From: an uncultured Methanoregulaceae archaeon
GTDB taxonomy: Archaea > Halobacteriota > Methanomicrobia > Methanomicrobiales > Methanospirillaceae
Direction of reading: 5' to 3'
Length of the DNA stretch: 64,000 nt
NCBI GenBank assembly: GCA_963701095.1
Contig: OY969564.1
Span: forward strand, 2,080,001 to 2,144,000
In this document: in pieces, positions 40,661 to 52,120 of the stretch
Layout: every line of letters begins with the position of its first letter
How positions within the stretch are numbered: the first letter of the stretch is position 1
Made by a program: the position numbers and the translations under genes
The notes under the pieces: model-generated
What the model was told of the DNA's origin: nothing
Seen by the model: only the letters and a program-made list of their open reading frames with translations
Databases searched by the model: none

Positions 40661-41482
40661 CTAGTATTCAGATTTTTTTAAGACAGGGAGCACTTCGTCC
40701 ATGCTACCGCTCCGGTACCCCTCCAAATCGAGGGCAATATAGGAAAACCCGAACGAACGCAATGCATCTACGACCGCGGTATGCATATTCATTAATGCGT
40801 GCATCTCCTCTTTAGGAACTTCGATACGGGCTACTTTTCCGTGTAAACGTACCCTTACCTGCCGGAATCCTTTCCTGTGCAGGCAGGCCTCTGCCGCTTC
40901 AACCATTTGTAGTTTTTCACCGGTAATCGTGTCACCGTAAGGAATACGGGAAGAAAGGCACGCTGCTGAAGGTTTATTCCAGAATGTTAATCCTTCTGCC
41001 TTTGCAATTTCCCGTATATCATTTTTGGTGAATCCTTCATCGATGAAAGGATGGACAATCCCCGCTTCAGTACTTGCCGTGAGGCCGGGCCTGTGCTCTC
41101 CTGTATCCGAGATATTGATACCATCGGCTACGCAGGCAAACCCCAGATCATACGCCCGTTGTATGAGAACCTTTGCCGAATTTTTTTTGCACCAGAAACA
41201 ACGATCACTGGGATTTTTGGTGAACTGGTCATCATCCATCATATTAACCGGCAGGATCTCAAGGTCAAGATTATATCTCTCTGCTATTAGTCGCGCCTGA
41301 TCGACGGCTTCACGCGGGACTACCGGACTGTCGAGAAGAACACACCGGGACTTCTTACCGAGCGCTTTTTGCGCAAGAACAGCGAGAAGGCTACTATCTA
41401 CTCCCCCCGAGAAAGAAACGAGCATCGACCCTCTCTGCTCTATATTTTGTAGAAGTCGTTTGCAGCGAACCTGAATATCCAT
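40661..41482 (-). CDS. larE: LarE-family ATP-dependent sulfur transferase
   Basis: FSGGVDS, RCFWCK, RPG and ACLSSRIPYG. Confidence 0.9.
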   Translation of the reverse strand: MDIQVRCKRLLQNIEQRGSMLVSFSGGVDSSLLAVLAQKALGKKSRCVLLDSPVVPREAVDQARLIAERYNLDLEILPVNMMDDDQFTKNPSDRCFWCKKNSAKVLIQRAYDLGFACVADGINISDTGEHRPGLTASTEAGIVHPFIDEGFTKNDIREIAKAEGLTFWNKPSAACLSSRIPYGDTITGEKLQMVEAAEACLHRKGFRQVRVRLHGKVARIEVPKEEMHALMNMHTAVVDALRSFGFSYIALDLEGYRSGSMDEVLPVLKKSEY

Positions 41483-41521
41483 ACTTGAAAATCCTTTAAT
41501 ACGGTGAGAAAAAACCCAATA

Positions 41522-41863
41522 TCAGCTACTTCCCCGGTGGGTTTCAGAACTTGTCCCGCACTGGTATTCATCTCCTTCCCGGAGCTGGCGGCAGATATCA
41601 CAGGTGCGTTGCACAAGATTTACCTCCCTGCCATCCATTAAATCCCGTGCAAGTTGTTCTATTGATTGTTTTACATCATTCTCAAATTCAATACGGTAAC
41701 CTCGTTTCCCGGAGAGGTACTGGGATACCGCGGAAGGTGCGATCGCAAGCATCCGTGCTGCTTCGACCTGAGAGACCCCGCATTTTACAAGCTCAACCGC
41801 GATGGCAGCACGAATCGCCGGCAACACATCCCATACGATCTTCTGGCAGGGGGCTTCCATCAT
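41522..41863 (-). CDS. HTH transcriptional regulator with Cys motifs
   Basis: PCQ..., SQVEAARMLAIAPSAVSQYLSGKRG and CDIC. Confidence 0.85.
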   Translation of the reverse strand: MMEAPCQKIVWDVLPAIRAAIAVELVKCGVSQVEAARMLAIAPSAVSQYLSGKRGYRIEFENDVKQSIEQLARDLMDGREVNLVQRTCDICRQLREGDEYQCGTSSETHRGSS

Positions 41864-41906
41864 ATCACAACCTTTAAGTTATCATAATTGTTACATAAGT
41901 GATTGT

Positions 41907-41922
41907 ATTCACAATTGTGAAT
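41907..41922. promoter_or_regulatory. Perfect 16-bp palindrome ATTCACAATTGTGAAT (candidate operator)
   Basis: Lies between the divergent regulator and iscS. A degenerate copy, TCATAATTGTTA, is at 41882-41893. Confidence 0.6.
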
Positions 41923-42089
41923 TTGTTGTATGGCCATAAAAAACTTTGTTGAATTTGCGCCATTCACGCGGGATTCTGAAGGGAAATGGTAAGTGCAGGA
42001 AGGATTAAACGAAACTGCCCGCGTGGTTAGGAACCAAAGAATAATCAGACGATTAGTGCAAATATTCACTCATATTAAGGAAAGAGAGC

Positions 42090-43286
42090 ATGGGAAAACA
42101 GCGTATCATCTATATGGACCATTCCGCAACGACGTACACAAAAAAAGACGTTGTTGATGTAATGCTTCCCTACTTTACTAACCACTTTGGTAATCCCTCA
42201 TCAATTTACAGTATAGCACGCGAATCAAAACAGGCAATTGATTCAGCGAGATCCAAGGTTGCAAAAGCACTTGGTGCACAACCCGATGAGATATATTTCA
42301 CTTCTGGGGGAAGCGAATCTGACAATTGGGCGATAAAAGGGGTAGCGTACGCCAATCGCAAGCGGGGCAACCATATCATTACGACAAAAATTGAACATCA
42401 TGCTGTCATTCACACCTGCCAGTTCCTCGAAAAAGAGGGATTTGCAGTAACTTATCTTCCGGTTGATCGGTACGGCCTTGTCGATCCGTCTGACCTTGAA
42501 AAAGCAATTACTGAAAAGACCATTCTCATTTCAATAATGTACGCCAACAACGAGATCGGCACTATTGAACCGATCCAAGAACTTGCGGCGATCGCCCAGA
42601 AGCACAAGGTCTATTTCCATACGGATGCTGTTCAGGCTATCGGAAACGTTTCCATCGATGTAAAATCACAGAATATTGACCTGCTTTCCCTTTCCGCCCA
42701 TAAATTTTATGGCCCAAAAGGTGTCGGTGCACTATACATCAGGAATGGTATCCGGATAGAAAATCTCATTCATGGTGGCGGCCAGGAACGAAAGAAACGG
42801 GCAGGTACTGAGAATATCGCCGGCATTGTAGGATGCGGGAAGGCTATAGAACTAGCAACTGCTGATATATCAGGTCATAATGCCCGGATACAGGTAATGC
42901 GCGACCGGCTTCTCCGGGGCATCCTCGAAAAAATTCCTCATGCACGCCTTAACGGGCACCCGACAAAAAGATTGCCGGGGAACCTTAACGTAAGCTTTGA
43001 ATTCATTGAAGGTGAGTCCATGCTTCTGTGGCTCGATGATGAAGGAATTTGCGCCTCAACGGGAAGTGCCTGTACGTCCGGTTCGCTCGAACCCTCGCAT
43101 GTACTGCTCGCAACCGGCCTGCCGGTAGAGATATCTCATGGATCGCTGCGACTGACGCTTGGGGATGTTAATACTGAAGCTGATATCGATGTAGTTCTTG
43201 AAGTACTACCAAAAGTGGTATCAAAACTGAGGGATATGTCCCCTTTATACCAGAAAGAGGCAAAAGATCGAGGTTGCAATGTATAG
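42090..43286 (+). CDS. iscS: Cysteine desulfurase
   Basis: DHSATT, HTDAVQ, SAHKFYGPKG and GSACTS. Confidence 0.95.
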   Translation: MGKQRIIYMDHSATTYTKKDVVDVMLPYFTNHFGNPSSIYSIARESKQAIDSARSKVAKALGAQPDEIYFTSGGSESDNWAIKGVAYANRKRGNHIITTKIEHHAVIHTCQFLEKEGFAVTYLPVDRYGLVDPSDLEKAITEKTILISIMYANNEIGTIEPIQELAAIAQKHKVYFHTDAVQAIGNVSIDVKSQNIDLLSLSAHKFYGPKGVGALYIRNGIRIENLIHGGGQERKKRAGTENIAGIVGCGKAIELATADISGHNARIQVMRDRLLRGILEKIPHARLNGHPTKRLPGNLNVSFEFIEGESMLLWLDDEGICASTGSACTSGSLEPSHVLLATGLPVEISHGSLRLTLGDVNTEADIDVVLEVLPKVVSKLRDMSPLYQKEAKDRGCNV

Positions 43287-43713
43287 CGAAACAGTAATGG
43301 ATCATTTTAAAAACCCGCGTAACGTCGGGGAGATCGAGAACCCGGATGGTGTCGGCGAGGTCGGGAACCCGGTCTGCGGCGATATCATGAAAATATTTCT
43401 GAAAATAGAGAATAATATTGTCGTGGATGCGAAGTTCAAAACCTTTGGCTGCGGTGCAGCAATCGCATCGAGCAGTATGGCTACCGAACTTGTCCGGGGA
43501 AAGACTCTCGAAGATGCCTGGCAGCTCTCCAACAAGGCGGTTGCCGAGGCACTTAACGGCCTGCCCCCCATCAAGATGCATTGTTCGGTGCTTGCCGAAG
43601 AGGGCATCCATAAGGCGATCAATGATTACCGTGTAAAACACGGTTTTGAACCATGGAAAGAAACCTCGCCACATTCCCACGAACACGATGAAGAAGTCGA
43701 ATGCCAACATTAA
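43279..43713 (+). CDS. iscU: Fe-S scaffold protein
   Basis: NPRNVG, CGD, FGCG and KMHCS. Confidence 0.95.
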   Translation: MYSETVMDHFKNPRNVGEIENPDGVGEVGNPVCGDIMKIFLKIENNIVVDAKFKTFGCGAAIASSSMATELVRGKTLEDAWQLSNKAVAEALNGLPPIKMHCSVLAEEGIHKAINDYRVKHGFEPWKETSPHSHEHDEEVECQH

Positions 43714-43754
43714 CATGATCAGTTGTGCCGGATCCAGCTTACCAAGGGAAACAG

Positions 43755-44539
43755 ATGCTCTCTGAACGTGAACGTGAACGGTACAAACGCCAGATAATGC
43801 TTTTTGGCGAAGCCGGGCAGGAAAACCTTAAAAAAGTCATATTTTCATCGCTGGTGCCGGGGGACTTGGCTCACCTGTTTCGATCTATCTTGCTGTCGCC
43901 GGGGTAGGTAATCTTACTGTAGTTGACAAGGATATCGTAGATCAATCCAATCTTAACCGGCAGATACTGCACTATGACCGAGATATCGGCAGAAAGAAGG
44001 TTGTCTCGGCTGAAGAGAAACTGCAGGCTTACAACCCTGATATTAACATCAGGATAATTGATGCCACTCTGGATGAATCGAATGCTGACCGACTTATAGG
44101 AAATGCAGATGGCATCGTTGATGCAATGGATAATTACCCTACCCGGTATCTCCTCAACATTATCGCACAAAAAAAGAAGATACCTCTTTTTCACGGTGCC
44201 ATTCGGGGGTTCTATGGCCAAGCAACAACTATTATTCCGGGTAAAACTGCCTGCCTGCAGTGTCTATTTCCCTCTGCACCGCCCCAGGAGGTTTTTCCTG
44301 TTGTTGGTGCGACGCCCGGTGTCATCGGGACGATCCAGACTACAGAGGTACTCAAGTATCTCCTTGGCACCGGAGACCTCCTTACAAATCGCCTGTTGAT
44401 TTGGGACGGCATGGCTATGCACATGGATGAAATTTCCTTTGAGAGAAACCCGGCCTGTCTTTCATGTGGGACAGGATGCGGGGCATCCACTTCACTCATG
44501 GAAGCATCAGAGAAAAAAATCAGGAGAAAGAAAAAATGA
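43755..44539 (+). CDS. ThiF/MoeB/UbaA-family E1-like adenylyltransferase (frameshift at ~43835)
   Basis: RYKRQI, then AGAGGLGS and SNLNRQ in the shifted frame, followed by CLQC and CLSC. Confidence 0.88.
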
Positions 44540-44814
44540 CGGTCAAGATAAGGTTTTTTGCCCGGTTCCGGGAATTGCTCGGAACTGATATTATCGTTAG
44601 CGTTAGGGAAGGAATAGTACTATCTGACCTGGTAAAGGAGGTCGCAGGCAGGAACAGGGAAGGATATCAGGCAATATTCGACGAACAGGATGCATTTAAG
44701 GAATTTGTTATTCTCATGCAGAATGGGAAACGAGTGGAAACTTCTGCTGCAGGTACAATCCTTGTCAAGGATGGCGACGATATTGCCGTATTTCCCCCGG
44801 TTGCAGGTGGATAA
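44536..44814 (+). CDS. moaD: MoaD/SAMP1-like sulfur carrier
   Basis: VKIRFFARFRE start and FPPVAGG end. Confidence 0.88.
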   Translation: MTVKIRFFARFRELLGTDIIVSVREGIVLSDLVKEVAGRNREGYQAIFDEQDAFKEFVILMQNGKRVETSAAGTILVKDGDDIAVFPPVAGG

Positions 44815-44825
44815 AGGAAACTGCC

Positions 44826-45359
44826 ATGATTGCAATCCAGACTGAAGATGTCGATATCGGGAACCTCGTAACCACCGCAAAACGGCACGGAACCGGGGCA
44901 ATCGTTGTTTTTGACGGAATCGTACGGGACGATAATATCTGCGAAATGGAACTGGAGGCGTACGGGGAGGTGGCGGTACCTGAGCTTGAAAAGATTGCGT
45001 CGGAGGCAAAATCGATCTTCAATCTCTTATCCGTAGATATTATTCACCGGATCGGCCGCCTTACAATTGGGGAAAATATTCTTGTAATTGTTGTGGGTGC
45101 AGTGCACCGTAAGGAGGCGTACCAGGGCTCGCGTTTTATTATCGAAGCGATCAAGGCCGGAGTCCCGATCTGGAAAAAGAGCTTTGCAAAGATGGCGATC
45201 GCTGGGTACCCGGAGAACACCCGCATGGATGCGGACCCCGGAAATAACCTGCTGCCAAGTTCCATTCATCGGTGTTCAGGCTCCTTTCTTTTCTGTGAGT
45301 TTTCGATACATCTCTTCACCTACACATTCCCGGGCATGTTTGCACCATTGTACACATGA
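44826..45359 (+). CDS. moaE: Molybdopterin synthase catalytic subunit (C-terminus probably off-frame after PIWKK, ~45180)
   Basis: GAIVVFDGIVR, HRIGRL, HRKEAY and VPIWKK. Confidence 0.88.
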   Translation: MIAIQTEDVDIGNLVTTAKRHGTGAIVVFDGIVRDDNICEMELEAYGEVAVPELEKIASEAKSIFNLLSVDIIHRIGRLTIGENILVIVVGAVHRKEAYQGSRFIIEAIKAGVPIWKKSFAKMAIAGYPENTRMDADPGNNLLPSSIHRCSGSFLFCEFSIHLFTYTFPGMFAPLYT

Positions 45360-45512
45360 TGCGATGTCGTTGTAGATTACAAACCCGCACTTATTGCACT
45401 TCCCGGAAATATCATTTGAAAATAGTTCCACTTCTTCTCCACATTGCGGGCATTTTTTGATCGTGAGCGTTGGCGTCCGTATATTTGCTGCACCGGGACA
45501 GTGATCGAACAC
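45276..45512 (-). CDS. Small Cys-rich metal-binding protein
   Basis: HCPG, CPQCG, CNKCG and SCVQWC..AREC. Confidence 0.75.
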   Translation of the reverse strand: MFDHCPGAANIRTPTLTIKKCPQCGEEVELFSNDISGKCNKCGFVIYNDIASCVQWCKHARECVGEEMYRKLTEKKGA

Positions 45513-45696
45513 GGCAAACCACCTTTGACTTATGTTATCTTCCGGGCACATGAACCGAACGGATCACATCAGGACCCTTCATTTTGGATGATTAAATCTA
45601 TATTTGAAATCTCGAGTCTCTATTGCAATTCGGCGAACCAAAGCATAAATAGCATCCAAAGATGTATGAGCGCCCACGTCAAAGATCCGGCAGATC

Positions 45697-47205
45697 ATGG
45701 CCGCTGACCGGTTTCTCTCAACGTTAAAATACGTGGCTGGTACAAAACCAACCTTTAATCTATCTGAGATTGCGGCTTATCTGGACGAACCGCGGACGGT
45801 TGGGCAGATGTATGAGGCTCTCCAGCCACATCTTCACGGACTCGGGCTTACCGCTAATAAGACCGGAGAGGATTATACGATCTCGCGGCTGATGCCGTCA
45901 CCCGCTTATATCCTGAGCACCTCCGAAGAAAAACGCCTTAACGCGTACCTTTCTCTCGATACCATGCCTTCTTTTCTTGAAGCGGCCATTGAGCAGTATA
46001 TTTCCAGAAAAACGGGAAAAGAATGGTCTGATTCCATTATCCTGGAACGGCTCCGCCGTGCGATTGTCGCCCAGAAAGATGATTACTGGAAACCGACGGG
46101 CAAACGATCGCTCCAATATACGAAAGGGTATTCAGTGCTTGGTTACCTGGCGTACCACTTCCCGGTCTATTTTATGCAGGCCCGGCACCTCTTTGCGCAG
46201 CTTGCCCGGGACGGACTGCTGAAACAGCAGATGACCATTCTCGATCTCGGCACTGGGCCAGGAGTCATGCCTCTTGCTATCGAGGATTTCTGGATGTGCC
46301 TTGATTCTGCCCGTTCAACAGTCTTGTCTGTCGAACGCTCAAAAGAGCATATCGAGGCATTTGAGGCTTTGACCCGGAGTGTTGCTATACAGGATCCCCA
46401 GGTTAAGATAGAGTCCCCCAAAGAAGCTGATATTACTTTACCCCGGGACATACCGCTTCCCGAAAATGTTGATCTGATGATTTTTTCAAATGTGCTTAAT
46501 GAATTGGCCGGCCTGCCAGTTGCAGAGCGTGCGGATATTGTAATGAGCTATGGAGAAAAGCTTGCACCTGACGGCATGCTCCTTATAATCGAACCTGCGG
46601 AAGAAGCGACATCTACTGGCCTTCGTGTGCTTGCCCTTGCGTTGAAGAAGCGGGGACTCTCGATCTACGCACCTTGCACGTTTATCTGGGGCACGAACTG
46701 TACACCGGACCGGTGCTGGAGCTTCCAGACTGCCTCTTCAATTCGACCCACTCGGATCATGAATTCGCTTGCTGGGTGTAATGAACAATTCCGGTACGTA
46801 AATTCTGACATTAAATACAGTTATGTAATACTGCGGAAGGATGGTAAGGTTCGCACATCCTGTCAAATCCCAAAGAATACGAAAGCGCTGCGGTTGTCTA
46901 AGATACACATGAACGTGGGAAAACGGATCACAGTAGTGGCAGCGAAGATGTCGGAGGATATCGGAGATGCGGACACTCACTTGTACAGGCTCTGCGATGG
47001 TTCGGCTGAAAAACCTGTATATGCGGTGCTGCCCGCATTTCATATTGTCCCATCAAACCGGGAGTCGGGTCTGTGCCGTACGGAACAGGTACTCGAACTC
47101 CGAAATGTACTGGTGAGGTATAACCCCGTCCACGATGCGTATAATTTATTGGTGAGCAGGAATACGGCGATTCGGATGCTGGGACAAGGAGATCCCGGAC
47201 AGTGA
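45697..47205 (+). CDS. SAM-dependent methyltransferase (Rsm22-like)
   Basis: LDLGTGPG, SNVLNEL, IIEPA, IYAPC and IKYSY. Confidence 0.75.
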   Translation: MAADRFLSTLKYVAGTKPTFNLSEIAAYLDEPRTVGQMYEALQPHLHGLGLTANKTGEDYTISRLMPSPAYILSTSEEKRLNAYLSLDTMPSFLEAAIEQYISRKTGKEWSDSIILERLRRAIVAQKDDYWKPTGKRSLQYTKGYSVLGYLAYHFPVYFMQARHLFAQLARDGLLKQQMTILDLGTGPGVMPLAIEDFWMCLDSARSTVLSVERSKEHIEAFEALTRSVAIQDPQVKIESPKEADITLPRDIPLPENVDLMIFSNVLNELAGLPVAERADIVMSYGEKLAPDGMLLIIEPAEEATSTGLRVLALALKKRGLSIYAPCTFIWGTNCTPDRCWSFQTASSIRPTRIMNSLAGCNEQFRYVNSDIKYSYVILRKDGKVRTSCQIPKNTKALRLSKIHMNVGKRITVVAAKMSEDIGDADTHLYRLCDGSAEKPVYAVLPAFHIVPSNRESGLCRTEQVLELRNVLVRYNPVHDAYNLLVSRNTAIRMLGQGDPGQ

Positions 47206-47317
47206 ACTTTGAAGGAATCCACAATATTCGTGGATTAAAATTACGTCGCTGACCGCGTGCATGGCATATGTTACATCATTTACACATGCAAAAATCATCT
47301 GCTCATCGTTAATGGGG

Positions 47318-50300
47318 TTAAGTAACTTTTGCCGTTGCTGCACTGGTGACAGTACCGGTATAGCCACCTGAACCTGTGGCAGCAACCTTGATGTAATCAC
47401 CATCATATGTTAAAGATATGGTATAGGTGGAAGAAGTCGCTCCTGAGATACCTGTATATGTCCCTCCTGAAGTGGTAGAGTACTCCCATTGATAGGTTGC
47501 AGTTGCACCAGATGGGGTCAACGCACCTGCTGTGAGTGTATCGCCCACCGCGGCCGTGCCGGTTATCGCCCCTATTGCTGTAAGAGGTTCCGCCGAAACC
47601 GGTCCTACCGCCGCACTGGTTACGGTTCCAGAGTAACTACCCGAGCCGGTAGCAGCAACCTCGATATAATCGTTGACGTATGCTGAAGCCACGGTGTAAG
47701 TGGAAGAAGTCGCTCCTGAGATAGCAGTATACGTCCCCCCTGAAGTGGTAGAGTACTCCCATTGATATGTGACGGTTGCACCGGAGGGAGTTATTGAACC
47801 TGCTGTAAGTTTACTGCCGACCTGAACTGTGCCGGTTATTGCCCCTATTGCTGTTAATGGTGTCGTTACCGGTCCTACTGCCGCACTGGTGACGGTACCG
47901 GTATAGCCGCTCGAGCCTGTAGCCACAACTTCAAGGTAATCTTTGGCATAAGAGGAAGCCACGGTATAAGTGGAAGAAGTCGCTCCTGAAATAGATTTAT
48001 ATGTCCCAATCGAAGTGGTAGAGTACTCCCATTGATAGGTTGCAGTTGCACCAGATGGCGTTAATGCACCTGCAGTCAGTGTGCTTCCGACCTGAGCAGT
48101 GCCGGTTATCGCCCCTATTGCTGTAATAGGTTCCGCCGAAACCGGACCTACCGCCGTACTGGTGACAGTGCCGGTATAACCTCCCGAGCCAGTAGCAGCA
48201 ACTTTGATGTAATCATTGACGTATGCTGAAGCCATTGTGTAAGTGGAGGAAGTTGCTCCTGGGATAACTGTATAGGTTCCTCCGGATGTAGTTGAGTACT
48301 CCCACTGATAGGTGACGGTCGCACCGGAGGGTGATATTGAACCTGCAGTCAGCGTACTTCCGACCTGAGTCGTGCCGGCGATTGCTCCTATACCGGTGAG
48401 TGATTGGGTCGATACCGGACCTACCGGTGCACTGGTGACGGTGCCAGAGTAAGTGCCCGAGCCGGTAGCAGCAACCTCGATGTAATCGCCGGCATAAGAA
48501 CCTATGAGGTATGTGGAAGAAGTTGCTCCTGGGATGGCGGTATACGTTCCTCCCGAAGTGGTAGAGTACTCCCACTGATAGATTGCGGTAGCCCCGGATG
48601 GCGTTAATGCACCAGCTGTCAGTGTACTACCTACCTGAGCAGTGCCGGTTATCGCCCCTATTGCTGTAAGAGGCTCCGCCGAAACCGGGCCTACCGCTGT
48701 ACTTGTTACAGTCCCGGAATAACCTCCTAAGCCAGTAGCAGCAACCTCGATGTAATCGTTGACGTATGCTGAAGCCACGGTGTAAGTGGAGGAGGTTGCT
48801 CCTGGGATGGCGGTATACGTTCCTCCCGAAGTGGAAGAGTACTCCCACTGATAGATTGCGGTAGCCCCGGATGGCGTTAATGCACCAGCTGTCAGTGTAC
48901 TACCTACCTGAGCAGTGCCGGAGATTGGCCCTATTGCCGTTAATGGTTCCGCTGTAACCGGACCTACCGCTGTACTAGTGACGGTGCCAGAATAACTGCC
49001 CGAGCCAGTAGCAGCAACTTTGATGTAATCATTGACGTATGCTGAAGCCATTGTGTAAGTGGAGGAAGTTGCTCCTGGGATAACTGTATAGGTTCCTCCG
49101 GATGTAGTTGAGTACTCCCACTGATAGGTGACGGTCGCACCGGAGGGTGATATTGACCCTGCAGTCAGTATGCTTCCGACCTGAGCAGTCCCGGTTATTG
49201 CTCCTATTGCTGTAAGAGGTTCCGCCGAAACCGGTCCCACTGGTGCACTGGTGACGGTGCCGGAATAACCTCCGGAGCCAGCAGCAGCGACCTCGATGTA
49301 ATCACTGACATAACCTGAGGTCACAGAGAATGTGGAAGCGGTTGCCCCCGAGATGTTGGTATAGGTTCCTCCGGATGTAGTTGAGTACTCCCACTGATAG
49401 GTGACGGTCGCACCGGAGGGTGATATTGAACCTGCAGTCAGTATGCTTCCGACCTGAGCAGTCCCGGTTATTGCTCCTATTGCTGTAAGAGGTTCCGCCG
49501 AAACCGGTCCCACTGGTGCACTGGTGACGGTGCCGGAATAACCTCCGGAGCCAGCAGCAGCGACCTCGATGTAATCACTGACATAACCTGAGGTCACAGA
49601 GAATGTGGAAGCGGTTGCCCCCGAGATGTTGGTATAGGGCCCTCCCGAAGTGGAAGAGTACTCCCACTGATAGGTTGCTATTGCTCCGGCAGGAGTCAAG
49701 GCACCTACATTCAGAGTACTTGCGACCTGAGCCGTACCAGTAATCGTTACTGCTGTGATCGGGGTTGTATAGATATATCGATCAACTGATGATGTTGCTG
49801 ATGTACCTGACGGCGTAGTAACGGTGATGTCAATGGTTCCGGTGCCTGACGGTGAGTTCACGGTAATCTGTGTTCCAAGGGTATTTACGGTGAACGTGGT
49901 GACTGCTGTAGTGCCAAATGTTACTGCAGTTGCTCCTATAAAGTTTGTTCCATTAATCGTTACACTTGTGCCACCGGCTGGCAGACCGGCTGCCGGCGAG
50001 ACGCCGGTAACGGTCGGAGCTGATTCATAGGTATATGCGTTAATCAGGAATTGAGATCCGTAAGGAGTAATGACCCACACAGATACAAGCCCGGCTGTCC
50101 CAGGAGGCGTCGTCGCAATAATTGAAGTACTATTGATAACCGTGAAACCGGGTGCCAGATTGCCGCCAAAGTATACTGATATCGTTCCATTGAAGTTCGC
50201 CCCAGTAATAGTTACAGATTGACTTCCAGTAAGTGGGCCGGCTATTGGTGAGATGCTGGCAACCGTCGGGACTAATCCATAGGTATAGGCCTTCGCTTCA

Positions 50301-51675
50301 GTTCCGGTGCCGTTGGGTGTAACGACAGAAACATTTACGGCCCCGGTTGAACCGGGTGGGGTAGTGGCGTTAATTAAAGTATTAGTGACGCTGTTGATGG
50401 TTGCCGCTGTACCACCAAAGGTTACACTAGTTGCTCCGGCGAGGTTTGTCCCGGTGATATTTACCAACGTGCCACCTGTAGTTGGGCCAGATGCCGGCGA
50501 GATGCCGGTTATGGTCGGCACTATGTACGTGTATGAAATTGTGGCCGAACCCCCCGGAGTGGTAACTGTAATATTAACAGTTCCCGCAGAACCGGCCGGA
50601 GAAGTCGCGTTGAGAGAGGTGGCGTTGTTCACCGTGAACGTAGTTGCTTGTGAACTGCCAAACATTACCGCAGTTGCACCGGTAAATGATGTCCCGGTGA
50701 TCACTACCGATGTACCTCCCGCAATCGGACCGCTTGTTGGTGAGATGCTGGATATTGTCGGGGCCGCCGCATAGGTGAATTGATCGGCGGATGAAGTAGC
50801 AGAAGTACCCCCGGAGTGGTAACTGTAATATTAACAGTTCCCGCTGAACCGGCCGGAGAAGTCGCGTTGAGAGAGGTGGCGTTGTTCACCGTGAACGTAG
50901 TTGCTTGTGAACTGCCAAACATTACCGCAGTTGCACTGGTAAATGATGTCCCGGTGATCGCTACCGATGTACCTCCCGCAATCGGACCGCTTGTTGGTGA
51001 GATGCTGGATATTGTCGGGGCTGCTACAAAGGTTGCGGAAATAGTATGGGAGACTTGGACATTCGAGAAGGTGTATGATGAAACCGCGCCAACAGATGTC
51101 GTCCCATCGACAACAACATTACCGATGCTATATCCGGTATTATTTGTAATGACAAAGGTCTGGTTTGCACCAAATGAGACCGGCACGGATCCGGAGGGGG
51201 TGATAGTTCCTCCAGTGCCGGCTGATGCAGTTATCATAAAGATACTCCCCCCGGCGGGAATGATGCCGAAATAGGATACGGCAATGACATCCGGCGATCC
51301 CGCACCCGTATAAACGACCTGCACAATTACTGGAGGAGTGATGCCGGGTTTAGTATATGTGAGCGTGTTACCGATCGACCATAATGCAGGGATCGCAATC
51401 CCGGATGTTACATCAGATCCATCCACGAGAATTTTATAGGTTCCATTTTGGAGCGCATCTCCACCGACATGTTTGATGTATACGGTTTGACTTTGGTTTG
51501 AGATGAGAGCACTCAAAGATGGTATCTTTTGTGCCTGGGGCTGGGAAAAAATAGCTACGGTAATAATCGTGCTTGCAAGTACCACAAGCGAGATAAGCAG
51601 GACTGTTCCGATGACTTCAGAGACTGCAATATCCTGATTTCTTTCCGGTTCCTTCATGCCATCCTCATTGCACAA
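47318..51675 (-). CDS. Giant type IV pilin-like adhesin: pilin N-terminus, IPT/TIG domains and nine Ig-like repeats (frameshift at ~50810)
   Basis: Class III signal DIA/VSEVIG. ORFs 50704-51675 and 47318-50704 join if a C5 run is really C6, as in the twin repeat at ~50550. Confidence 0.85.
47325..49765 (-). repeat. Nine tandem intragenic repeats of ~273 bp (~91 aa)
   Basis: PLTAIGAITGTAQVG...YQWEYS...GATSSTY...GPVSAE occurs nine times. Period is 273 bp (49201 vs 49474). Confidence 0.92.
50550..51020 (-). repeat. Near-identical direct repeat (~215 bp x 2) encoding IPT/TIG domains
   Basis: 50550-50765 matches 50808-51020. Confidence 0.85.
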
Positions 51676-51712
51676 TATTTCCTAGGTTTTTCACGACATT
51701 TTTTTTGTGCCG

Positions 51713-52120
51713 CTATACCCCAAAGTACGCCTGAGTCAATACCACTGCCCCAGAGCCACCGTTATACACAACCTCGACGCTTAACGGGGGGGTGGACCCG
51801 GGTTTGGTGTAGGTAATTTCATCGCCTATCTCCCAGACTGTGGGAGACCCTGTTTTTGTGATATTGCCGGTCACATTCACTCCGTCCACGAGAATTTCAT
51901 AGGTTCCCGTTGTCAGCGGATCCCCCCCGTTATGTGTGATATATACGGTCTGGCTTTGGTTTGATATGAGGGTGCTCAGCGCAGGGAGACTCTGAGGTTG
52001 GGGTCGTGAGAGAATAACTGAAGCGACAATGGAAGCAGCAACGACTACTATTGATATCAATAATATTGTTCCAATGATTTCGGATACAGCAATATCCCGT
52101 TTTCTGCAGGGACTTTTCAT
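51713..52120 (-). CDS. Archaeal type IV pilin
   Basis: DIA/VSEIIGTILLI and ITHNGGD. Confidence 0.88.
   Translation of the reverse strand: MKSPCRKRDIAVSEIIGTILLISIVVVAASIVASVILSRPQPQSLPALSTLISNQSQTVYITHNGGDPLTTGTYEILVDGVNVTGNITKTGSPTVWEIGDEITYTKPGSTPPLSVEVVYNGGSGAVVLTQAYFGV

Noticed and set aside
47325..49765. Long tandem repeats as a possible CRISPR array or DGR template
   Set aside because: The units are ~273 bp, in frame and protein-coding. There are no unique spacers, and no cas or reverse transcriptase gene in the window.
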